DNA of 64,000 nucleotides, taken from positions 52,762,001 through 52,826,000 of the forward strand of contig OZ024740.1 of assembly GCA_964016885.1 (NCBI GenBank). Reading direction: 5' to 3'. Of the stretch, positions 12,403 through 23,045 are shown piece by piece. The notes below the pieces were generated by a model. The model made no database searches, was not told the origin of the DNA, and was given only the letters and a program-made list of their open reading frames with translations. This stretch comes from Eledone cirrhosa. Taxonomy: Eukaryota. The first letter of the stretch is position 1; every line of letters begins with the position of its first letter. The position numbers and the translations under genes were made by a program.

Positions 12403-12442
12403 ATCATATGATAATGCATAAAAATGCAGAAACCGGTAATAG
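12403..12442 (+). ncRNA. Decayed minimal hammerhead (Penelope pLTR-type)
   Basis: AUGAUAA (from CUGAUGA)-UGCAU-aaaa-AUGCA-GAAAC-CG-GUA; palindromic ACCGGU stem III; core mutated. Confidence 0.5.
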
Positions 12443-12635
12443 ACAATTATTAACTATATAAATAAATAAATAAATAAATGCCATTGTTAATTAATAAATA
12501 AATCAACTAATACCTTAACACTTCACACAAAGTAAAATATTTCGTTTTAATCATTTTCTAACCCAGAAAAAAAGAGAAAAAATAAAAAGGAAAAAAATAT
12601 ATTTTTCTTTCTAATAATCATCTTTTTCTCCCTGT

Positions 12636-12683
<48 letters not shown>

Positions 12684-12716
<33 letters not shown>

Positions 12717-15700
12717 GTTTCACGTCCATCTTCCACGCTTGCATGGGTTTGGACGGGAGTTTTCCCACTTGAGGCAAGATTGGTTGTCCTGCTTGTATAG
12801 GACTGTCTGGCGGCTTTTCTACGGCTGGATGCCCTTCCTAACACCAACCATGTTTACAGTGTGGACTGGGAGGTTTTTATCGTGCTACCTACACGGCCAC
12901 ATTACAGCGTCGACTGTGTGTTTTTTTGACGTGACACCTACACATGTGGCGGGTTTTCTACAGCTGGGTGCCCTTTTCCTAACACCAACCACGTTTACAG
13001 TGTGGAATGGGAGGTTTTTACCGTGTTACCTACACGGCCACATTACAGCGTGGACTGTGTGTTTTTTGTCGTGACACCTACACGACCTCATTTGTTTCGG
13101 ACTGGATGTTGTGGTACCAACATAACTTCACATTTAAGGGGGTGGGGGTAGAGGGACAGGGGTGTATTTTTGTTAGAGGTGCCTGCTGACTGTAGGTTTC
13201 GCTTTGTACTTAGGCAAGGCGGGTCTTCTGTATTACTGTGTAGCGCCAAACATCTCGGTCCAGTGACATTGTCTTGGAGAGGTGTAAGTGTGTGAGGTCG
13301 GAATTTATCAAGTCGTCCCAGGTTTTTCTGGGTCTACCTACTCCGTGGCTACCGTCTATTTTTATCGCCCTGCACTTTTTTATACAGCTGTCGTCTTTCA
13401 TGCACATCACGTGACCGTACCAACGTAGTCTTCTCTCGAGTAAACAACATCTGATCCCTCTTATTCTTAATTTCTCCCTTAGTTCGTTTATGCTTTGCCG
13501 TTCACGTATATTACTATTACACATCCAGCGGAGCATGCAAGCTTCGTTCCTCTCTAGTCTGCGTATATCCTCTGCACACAATGCCCAGGTCTCATTGCCA
13601 TGTAACATTTCTGTTCGTATGCAGGCATCATACAGCCTGCCTTTCATTTTTAGAGAGAACCCTTTAGCGGCCAATAGTGGTATAAGCTCTCTGAACCTTT
13701 TCCATCCGTTCTGACTCTAGCTACTGAACTTTCAGAGCACCCCCCCCCCCCCCACTGCTGATTTTGTCACCCAGGTAACGGAAGCTGTCCACTATTTCTA
13801 TAGAACCATCTGTACAATGGAATGAGCTAGTATTCTGTGGGCACTTGCTGCTACTTATTGCACCAGAGCACCGGCCGCATATAAAATCTATATTCTTAGT
13901 TAGCTTACCTGTGATCCCACTACATCTTTTATGTACCCATACTTTGCATTTGGGACATAAAATGGAGTTTCTGCCTACTCATATCCTACACACTGAGCAT
14001 GGCCATTTCCCAGATGGGACCGGTGCCCTATTTTCCTTCCTACAAACTAGAACTTTAGTCTTAGACAAGTTAACTTTAAGGCCTTTTGATTCTAGGCCAT
14101 GCTTCCATGTTTGGAATTTCTTCTCTAGTTCAGCCATTGATTCAGCTATGAGCGTTAGATCATCTGCATATAGGAGTTCCCATGGGCAGCCGGTCTTGAA
14201 CTCCTCTGTTATAGCCCGAACGGCAATAATAAATAGTAGGGGGCTAAGAACGGAGCCCTGATGAACACCAACTTTTACGCTAAACTCTTCACTATATTCG
14301 TTGTTAATTCTAATCTTGCTGACTGTTTCTTTATACATGGCTTGTATAGCTCCCACAAGCCATTCATCAACACCTAGTTTTCTAAGAGCCCACCAGATAA
14401 TGGAGCGGGGGACTCTGTCAAAGGCTTTCTCCAAGTCGACAAAAGCTAAGTATAGGGGTTTACTTTTAGCTAGGTACTTCTCCTGTAGTTGTCGTACAAT
14501 GAAAAGAGCGTCTGTGGTACTTTTACCTGACACAAACCCGAACTGCATTTCATCTAGATCAATTCGCTCTCTGATTAGTTGCGCTATTACTTTTTCTGTG
14601 ACCTTCATGACCTGGTCGATTAATTTAATGCCTCTATAGTTACCCCTATCTAGGGAATCTCCTTTACCCTTGTGGCAGTTAATGATGATGCTGCTACGCC
14701 AGTCCTTCGGAACGACCCCATTCTGTATGACTTGGTTTACTATCCGGGTGACCATAGTGTGTCCCACCGTTCCAGATGCCTTCAGCATTTCAGCAACTAT
14801 TTCAGACGGCCCAGCCGCCTTACCCGTCTTCATATCTTTGATTGCCTTACTTATTATACTACCTTCAACTAGCACTGCTGCTCCCTCTATTGGATCGATG
14901 TGGGGGAGACTGTCTTTCTCCCATTTATTCTCCTCATTTAGTAGCCTTTCGTAGTGACACTTCCAAGCTACCTTCTTATCAGCGTCAATGATGGCAAGTA
15001 CACCATCATCATTAAGGACACACTTCTCCCCGATAATATCACTGTTTTCCTTGACACATTGCCTAGCAATCCTGAACACCTGACGTTTTTGGTCCTCGCG
15101 TTGTAGAACATACTTGAACTCTCTTTCCTCTGCTTCCCTTCTTGCGAAGTACACTTGTCTCCTAGCTTCCCTCCTGGCCACTTGATAGTCTTCTCTACTT
15201 CCCCCATCCCGCCATACTTTCCAAGCCTGCTTTTTGGCCTTAATTTACTCCTCCACCTTACTGTTCCACCACCACATTACTCTCCTCCTGCCTATAGGCC
15301 TGCTCCAGCCACAGACATCATCTGCCGCTTTCAGCAGATTAGCTTTCAGGAATACCCACTGTTCCTCTATATTGTACGACTCTAATTGCTCTTCCTTACT
15401 GTCAAAAGCATAAAGTAATATGCTTTTAAATTTATTACAGGCTGTGGGGTCCTTTAGCTTCCATATTTTTCTCCTGAGGATAGTCCTCTTCTGTTGTCGA
15501 GTACGTCTTGTCCTGACTACGAGGTCGCTGACTATGAGTCTATGTTGGGAGGTGCATTCTTCGTGGGGGAGGGATTTAGTGTTTACAACAGACACTCTGT
15601 CACGTCTTCTGGTAACGATATAATCTACCTGGCTGGTGTGTTCCCCTGATCTGTAGGTGATCAAGTGATTGTCTCGTTTTTTGAAGTTAGTGTTACAGAC

Positions 15701-16560
15701 AGTCAGGTTATTTGCATTACAGAATTCCAGGATTCTGGCGCCTTCCACATTTCTAGTACCAAACCCATAGCCTCCATGGATTCCGTCATAGCCATCACAA
15801 TGTTGTCCAACGTGACCATTTAGGTCGCCAGCAATAATTATGTAGTCACTGTCGCTTATTTGGGAGGTCGTGAGCATCAATGTCTCATAGAATCTGTCTT
15901 TTATAACGCCAGGCAGTCCGGATTGGGGTGCGTACGCAGATATTACTGTCACAGTAGTTCTATTTAGGACAAGTCTTATTTTAATTATTCTGTCGTTCAC
16001 TCTATTTACGTCTATTATCTTATGTACCCATTTTCTGCTAACATGATTCCTACCCCACCCAGCCCATTGTCATCTCCCACCCAGAAAAACTTATAGCATC
16101 GTTTTTTACCCACAATTAATCTAGCAGACCCACCCCTCCACCTGGTGTCTTGGATACAGCAAACACCAACCTCCTTACGTTCAAGCATTTCTACAACCTC
16201 GTTAGAGCGATCTTTTAAGGTGCCTACATTCATGGTACCAACTCTGAAGTTTTGGATTGCGTTTGGTGGGTAGGGCGCAGGGAGGGGTGAGGGGGATGGA
16301 GTTGGGGTTATGTTGGCCCAAGAGGAGGAGGAGTCCTTGCCTTTTCGTTCGGCAGCATGAGGTGAATTTGTCTTTATCTTTGGCATTGTCACTGAGTGTC
16401 CAGATTTTTTTTCAGACTCTCCAGAATTCCCTAGTCCATCCGTCATATCGAAAGGCAACCGGAAGAAGTGATAGCATAGGCCGCTGACTTATGATTGGTC
16501 GAAATAATAATAATGGTGGTGAGTGGGGGCGGGTGGGAGGGGTATGGGGTAGTTAGCGAG
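12684..16560 (-). mobile_element. Near full-length RTE-clade LINE (APE + RT + Cys-rich domain), frameshifted, (GAT)n tail
   Basis: APE motifs VGTMNVGTL, SAYAPQ, AGDLNGHVG, QVDYIV, SQHRL; RT motifs QFGFVSGKST, FVDLEKAFDRV, GVHQGSVLSP, LLYADD; Cys-rich segment starting CSVC; C-terminal RRLRWYGHV and GRPRKTW. Split into 16015-16458, 15245-16000, 13979-15181, 13210-13674. Confidence 0.95.
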
Positions 16561-16564
16561 AATT

Positions 16565-17144
16565 TTTAAATAAAATCCTCGAAATTTGGGCATAATTGGA
16601 CAAGCATATAACAGTAATAAGCGAATAATATTTAGAACAACCTGACAGAATTATAGAATAGCATTGAGATGGACCGGGAAATGGAGAGACAAGAAAAGAA
16701 AATGGCATTTTACATTACATTTCACAGGAGAACGAACAGTGTGACCATTAATAAGATTTGACAAATTCTGAGATTCGTACCTCGTAACAGGTTTATTTTA
16801 TATTTGGTGAGAGAAGAGAGGGGGAGGGGGGGTTGTAAAGATTAGGAGGGGCAAGGAGGCCATTTTATAAATCCTAGGATTTTCGGCCAAAATTAAATGA
16901 ACGAGATCGAGATTGTTATTTTATAAAAAGGAGAAGGTTATAAAACATCAGAATTTTCGGCCAAAATTAAACAGCGAGATTGTTATTTTAGAAAAACAAA
17001 CGAGGTTTAAATAAAATCCTCGAAATTTGGGCATAATTGGACAAGCATATAACAGTAATAAGCGAATAATATTTAGAACAATCTGACAGAATTATAGAAT
17101 AGCATTGAGATGGACCGGGAAATGGAGAGACAAGAAAAGAAAAT

Positions 17145-17149
<5 letters not shown>
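16565..17149. repeat. ~144-bp direct repeat pair (16565-16708 and 17006-17149) at the 5' end of the RTE element
   Basis: Near-identical copies 441 bp apart. Confidence 0.9.
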
Positions 17150-17200
<51 letters not shown>

Positions 17201-17203
<3 letters not shown>

Positions 17204-17531
17204 ATTCATTACCACAAAATTCTCCCCCTCATAAATTGTAGCGCATTTACAAACAGATGAGTGTTTTCGTAGTTTGGGGAGAAAAATATAATTATTGTGG
17301 GGAGCAATGCTCCCCTGTGTCCCTCCCCCCAGTTTCACTACCCTTGATATATATGTATTATAGAAATGGCTTCTACACGACTAACTGTTTCATTGATGAT
17401 TTCCTTGGTTTCCTTGGAATGAAACAGTTTTAGTCCTGTAGAAGCGGTTTCTATATTTAAAAATTATACTCTGCTATGTATTGAGTACCTTACTTACTAT
17501 GGTTACCCCCGATTAAACCCGGGTTACATAT

Positions 17532-17597
<66 letters not shown>

Positions 17598-17941
17598 ACA
17601 TATGTAACCCGGGTTTAATCGGGGGTAACCATAGTAAGTAAGGTACTCAATACATAGCAGAGTATAATTTTTAAATATAGAAACCGCTTCTACAGGACTA
17701 AAACTGTTTCATTCCAAGGAAACCAAGGAAATCATCAATGAAACAGTTAGTCGTGTAGAAGCCATTTCTATAATACATATATATCAAGGGTAGTGAAACT
17801 GGGGGGAGGGACACAGGGGAGCATTGCTCCCCACAATAATTATATTTTTCTCCCCAAACTACGAAAACACTCATCTGTTTGTAAATGCGCTACAATTTAT
17901 GTATATGTTATGAGGGGGAGAATTTTGTGGTAATGAATAGA
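17201..17941. repeat. ~740-bp palindrome centred on (CA)n(TA)n(TG)n
   Basis: Arms of ~340 bp are reverse complements apart from a ~10-bp insertion near 17902. Confidence 0.93.
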
Positions 17942-18295
17942 GGGAGAGGATTTATAGAGATAGGGATTGATATAGTGAGGGGGAGAGTTTGGTAGTGATA
18001 GATAGAGTGAGAAGTAATCCAGTGAAATCCATAGAAAAATTCCGTGTTGCGCTGAGTTAATTCCTTAGATACAGATTCAGATATTAGGAAATTAAATTAA
18101 ACAAATTGTTTCCGATGAAGACGGTCTGGTCAAACCTATATATGAAGTCTGATAGTATACAGTTATATAACTGGTATAGATCAGACAATATGTCAATATG
18201 ATCAACCCTCCGAAGCGATCGTAAAACAACGATATGATATGAATAGGTAAAATAATTAGACTTCGTTGATATTATTTTCATTGTTAATTTAATAC

Positions 18296-18377
<82 letters not shown>

Positions 18378-18581
18378 TATGTATACGTACATACATATAT
18401 GTATACAGACGTATAGTAGTATGTATATATATATACATACATGCACACATATATATATGTACGTATGGATTCACCGAACATTTATTATAATGCTCGGTGT
18501 GTTTGTAAACCAACATCCCGAATTAAGCCGTACAGTGTCTAGCAACCATCGTTGCTCATTTGTTCAACACTGACAAAGGAA

Positions 18582-18622
18582 CGCTGTACTAGTTTCAAGC
18601 TTATTAGCTATCGTCAGCAACG
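18582..18622 (-). ncRNA. Type I hammerhead ribozyme (family B)
   Basis: Reverse complement of the 18708-18748 motif; core intact. Confidence 0.85.
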
Positions 18623-18707
18623 TATACCTTCCGTTAATACTCAGCCGTTAATATGCATAAGGAAAGTATATACTTTCAGACCTTCAACCATCTGGCAGGA
18701 AGGTATA

Positions 18708-18748
18708 CGTTGCTGACGATAGCTAATAAGCTTGAAACTAGTACAGCG
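18708..18748 (+). ncRNA. Type I hammerhead ribozyme (family B)
   Basis: CGUUG-CUGACGA-U-AGCU-aaua-AGCU-U-GAAAC-ua-GUA-CAGCG; stem I extends via GGAA/UUCC, UGGCA/UGUCA and UUCAAC/GUUGAA; predicted cleavage after 18743. Confidence 0.9.
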
Positions 18749-19192
18749 TTCCTTTGTCAGTGTTGAACAAATGAGCAACGATGGTTGCTAGACACTGTAC
18801 GGCTTAATTCGGGATGTTTGTTTACAAACACACCGAGCATTATAATAAATGTTCGGTGAATCCATACGTACATATATATATGTGTGCATGTATGTATATA
18901 TATATATACATACTACTGTACGTCTGTATACATATATGTATGTACGTATACATACTTATATTTAAGTAACAGCCGTACTAAGAGTGAGAAATGAAATTTC
19001 GTTTCATTTTTTCCGTTTATATATATATATATATATATATATAAGAATTAAAATACTAGAGTGTGTTGGAGTTAAACACCCTCTTCATATTATAGAAATG
19101 ACAGTAAAGGTATAGCTCAATGTAATTAAACAGAGCCGAAGAATTATGAAAATAAATCAAAGAAGCCTTCAATACATCAAAAGTCTTTATTA

Positions 19193-19230
19193 GCCAACAA
19201 TGTTTCGTCCTATTAAGGACTCATCAGGGC
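19193..19230 (-). ncRNA. Minimal type I hammerhead ribozyme in the Penelope 3' end (pLTR)
   Basis: GCC-CUGAUGA-GUCCU-uaau-AGGAC-GAAAC-auu-GUU-GGC; canonical core and G10.1-C11.1; CUUUA/UAAAG extends stem I. Confidence 0.88.
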
Positions 19231-19566
19231 AAGTAAAGCTATAAGAAGCACTATCGGCCAATACAAGCCAAAAACTCAGAAGAATATGGAGTATACATAC
19301 ATTAAAGCATAGGAAAATTATCAAGTAAAAATTATCAAGTAAAAATTGCTAAGGAAGTGAATAACATTTTGAACCATATTACAAATATAGTACAATGCAA
19401 AAACTAAAACTAAACACAAGTGGTGATATAAAGCGAGAATAACAGTACTATATATAATATAATATAATATAATATAATATAATATAATATAATATAATAT
19501 AAATGATAATGATAATAATAATAATATTAAGAGGCCCAATATACACATATATATATATACATATGT

Positions 19567-19610
<44 letters not shown>

Positions 19611-20720
19611 ATACACATATCCATCAATACAAACACAAACTAACACTTATTAAGAGTTTAAATATAAATAAAAATAAAAATAAAAATATAATACATATAT
19701 TATTTACAGTATAAAATGATAAAGAAATGAGTAAAAATAAACATATAATATATAATATACTATATAATTATATAATTTATAATCGCCGGTCAATTTGCAC
19801 AAACAATATAAATATTACAATAACACTATAATAACAATATAATATATTGGCATATAACTTAACAAATCATATAAAGTTACACACAGGGTGAGGAAAAATA
19901 TCATACAGAACTAAATTGTGTTGAAAAAATTGTGCTGGAAAAATATCTATACCGTTGTAAGAAAACAGACGGAGGTCAAGTTTTTATACAATTGGTATAA
20001 ATAAATATTATCTAAACATTACAAAAATTATAAAAAATTATAAAAATATAAACATATTACACAATTTACAAAATTTAACATAAGGGTACATCGAATAATC
20101 GGTAAATATTTAAGATCTATAGTACGATTACATAGAGTGATATGATATAACAACTTCAATATCAAATAATAAACATAGTATAATATACATAATTACATGG
20201 TTGGTAGACAGACATATGTGAATAAGTGAATAAGAACCAGACAGAAACTACGCACGGTAGTAAAAAAATATGAATAAAATCAACCGGAAATCGAAAAACA
20301 AAAACAAACACAAATATATTTACTTAGGTGTCACAAGCAGTTAAGTAAAAAAAATTAGGAATCAAACCCGGATAAATGACTAGAAAACCCTATTAAATTA
20401 ATTATTATTGAAAGTATTTAAAATACATAATAAGTCAATACAAAATTAGCTATGGTTTAAGTAATCAAAATCTCCAATGTTTAAGATATCTCAATAAAAA
20501 TATCCAGAATAGAATGAAATATTCTACTATCAGTTGAATAACGTTATCTAATAAACGGACTTTAAATAGAACTATGGTAGGCCAATGGGGACAGAAAAAA
20601 GAAAGGTATGGAGGATACGAAGGAGCATAAAATCATAATCAATATACTGTATTATACAATAGAAAGGAGCATAAAAGGGAATTGAATATAATTATAGTAT
20701 AATTGAAGGGGCGAATGACA

Positions 20721-20752
<32 letters not shown>

Positions 20753-21005
20753 TTAATTATCTAAATGAGAATCCAAATAAAATAAAATAAACTAAACTAA
20801 AATAAAATAAAATAAAATATATAATCAGATATAAACTCATAAGGTGTTAATAGTGAAAATATAATATTTAAGAAGATAGATATGGTATGGTAGCCAAAAG
20901 ACTATGAAAGCTAGATCGGAAAGCTGTTAAAAACCAATAATAATAATGATAATGATGGTAGTAAACAAAATGAACCTAAACAAAAAAGATAAGGGAATAT
21001 AGCAG

Positions 21006-22712
21006 CTAATGGATACAATTTACACTACCAGAACTTTTAGGTTTATAATAAAAGTAAGAATTAGAAATGGCGTGGGGGCAGGAAGAGAATATCTCAGACT
21101 TTCTATTAAGTAAGAGTTCCCTAGAGAAAATTATAGAGTGGGTCTCAAGGATACAGAGATTACAGAATTTAGTGTGTGTTGATAGGTTATTAGAGCGTGC
21201 TACTATTCGCCAATTAAGGCTATATGGTATATTAGCCCCCTTAAGATCCCAGATATGGTGTGCTAAAGAAGTAGAATTCTTAAACTTAACATGTTTAAAA
21301 TTAGAGATATGAGAATTAAACCTAGTCTTAAAAGTGTTAGATGTTGAGCCTATATATGTGCTATTAGAGGAATTAGTTTTAACTACACAAGCATAAACGA
21401 TGTTCCTAGAAAGGCAGTTACCGTTTAAAGGGCAGTTAACACTCACTCTACAGTTACACTTCCGGGTGCTATTGATCGGCTGAAGTAGTGATGCATCACT
21501 CGTAGGGTTACTATGTGATAAGGTCTGCTCAGGTGGTAAGGCATTTATGGATCTATCCAGACTAGTAGTACGCAGAGAGGAGTAGCCGTCCCTAATTTTC
21601 CCATTGTTAGTGCTAGCTAAATGAGAACTAATATTAGGGGTGGTAGAGAATGATAGTTTAATTACATTTTTATTAAAAATACCATGGTATTTATTAGTAG
21701 GAGGGAAATTTTTCTCTAAGATAGAAAAGAAAGACCTAGGGATGTTAGTTAATACTTCCTGATCATATGGCGGGCTAAAATAAGTATTTAGTCTCCTTCT
21801 ATTTCTATCCTTACCAACTCTACCGTTATCTAATATCCCATTATTAAGATCTGGGTTACTACGAGGACTAGTTAAAACCACATTATTAGAATCAGCCGAA
21901 ACCCCATTGAGTCTCTTTCTGTTTCTACCTTTAGTATATCTACTGCTATCTGGAATCATATCAATAGGATTAGGGCTAATAATAGGATCAGTAGAAACAA
22001 CACTATTAGAATTAGATTTAGCAAAAGCATTACCACTGAGTGAGCGCTCAGAGCGCCCAACTTGATCCCTAGAACTATTAGATTCCCTATTACGAATCCG
22101 GTGGCTTAACTTATGGATGGGTTCGGATACACCTATGTGATTTCTACGATTCTTAAGCTTTCTACTCCCATTCATGGCCATATTATGGGATATTATGTTA
22201 TTATTATTATATGTAAGCGGAGACTTTCTAAGGTTACTATTATTATAATGTATTTTACCAGAGTAACCGGAGTTAGCTAGGGCATTATTATAGTACTCTG
22301 CATGTGCATTAAATATTCCTATGTCCTTAGAGAGTGTGGAAATTCTATTAGATACACCATTAATTATAGAGCTTATCATAGATTTGGGGTGGTTAGAATT
22401 GGGACTAACATAAGAGAGTATTTCATTAGGCTTATGGAAGGGTTTAAAACTATTAGTGACCAAGTCCAAAGTCACATCTAAAAAGTTGACCGCTCTATCA
22501 TTTCTATCTATCGTGATCGAAAGGTTAAAGCTTTTAAAAAACTTATAAAGTTTCTTCTTATTATGCTCGATGTTATTGGTGCTAGAGTTAATCACAAACA
22601 ATGCATTGTCACGATAAAGTCCGCCTTTAAGGTGCGGAAAGGTAACATACAGTTCATTTAGGAGGAACAGCCCAACAAGATCAGTTACCTGGGCCGAATC
22701 ACTCGAACCCAT
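21006..22712 (-). CDS. Penelope-like RT C-terminal half + thumb + Cys-rich linker + GIY-YIG endonuclease (truncated; frame continues upstream to ~22820)
   Basis: FDVTMGSSDSAQVTDLVG, GLYRDN (YxDD with D to N), VNFLDVTLDL, SNHP, CNCR-x4-CPLNGNC, IVYAC...YIGSTSNTFKTRFNSH, CNLCILE, LLN. Confidence 0.88.
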   Translation of the reverse strand: MGSSDSAQVTDLVGLFLLNELYVTFPHLKGGLYRDNALFVINSSTNNIEHNKKKLYKFFKSFNLSITIDRNDRAVNFLDVTLDLVTNSFKPFHKPNEILSYVSPNSNHPKSMISSIINGVSNRISTLSKDIGIFNAHAEYYNNALANSGYSGKIHYNNSNLRKSPLTYNNNNIISHNMAMNGSRKLKNRRNHIGVSEPIHKLSHRIRNRESNSSRDQVGRSERSLSGNAFAKSNSNSVVSTDPIISPNPIDMIPDSSRYTKGRNRKRLNGVSADSNNVVLTSPRSNPDLNNGILDNGRVGKDRNRRRLNTYFSPPYDQEVLTNIPRSFFSILEKNFPPTNKYHGIFNKNVIKLSFSTTPNISSHLASTNNGKIRDGYSSLRTTSLDRSINALPPEQTLSHSNPTSDASLLQPINSTRKCNCRVSVNCPLNGNCLSRNIVYACVVKTNSSNSTYIGSTSNTFKTRFNSHISNFKHVKFKNSTSLAHHIWDLKGANIPYSLNWRIVARSNNLSTHTKFCNLCILETHSIIFSRELLLNRKSEIFSSCPHAISNSYFYYKPKSSGSVNCIH

Positions 22713-22924
22713 TGTAACGTCGAAATTGTTGGGCGTGTTTTTACGGGTCCAAAATGTATCCTCGAAATTGATGATAGTTCTACGGGCTGCTAGTATAATA
22801 TCAATCTGTGATCGTGTAAGGCTATATATATATATATATATTCACGCACGCATACACACACACACACACATATGTATGTATGCGTGCGCGTGTGTGTGTG
22901 CGTGTGTGTCTATGTATACGCACC

Positions 22925-23045
22925 ATACATATACACGACAGTTACTGCACAGTTTCCGTCTACCAAATTACACTGACAAGAATGAAGCTATGGTAGAAGA
23001 CACTTTTCAAAGTCCTAATAAGGTTGTGGATTTATTGCCATGATA
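22925..23045 (-). mobile_element. Old SINE 3' fragment of a second family (related degenerate copy at ~24795-25040, plus strand)
   Basis: CAGTTTCCGTCTACCAAATT reverse-matches GTGAAATTGCGTAGAAGGAAACAGTG at ~24924-24949; heavily diverged. Confidence 0.5.

Larger units (their letters stand above)
18375..19020. mobile_element. Retrozyme-like element family B, head-to-head inverted insertion in (TA)n
   Basis: Left arm 18375-18632 is the reverse complement of ~18698-18959; HHR on minus at 18582-18622 and on plus at 18708-18748; homologous to 39257-39882. Confidence 0.85.
19043..22822 (-). mobile_element. Penelope-like element (RT + GIY-YIG), 5'-truncated, ~1.95-kb 3' region with HHR, bounded by (TA)n on both sides
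   Basis: ORF motifs plus the HHR at 19193-19230. Confidence 0.9.

Noticed and set aside
13845-15623. Plus-strand ORFs of 66-138 aa
   Set aside because: Antisense shadows of the RTE ORF.
18108-18147. CCGATGAAGAC...GTCAAAC hammerhead-like motif
   Set aside because: Both catalytic boxes altered and stems weak; at most an old remnant.
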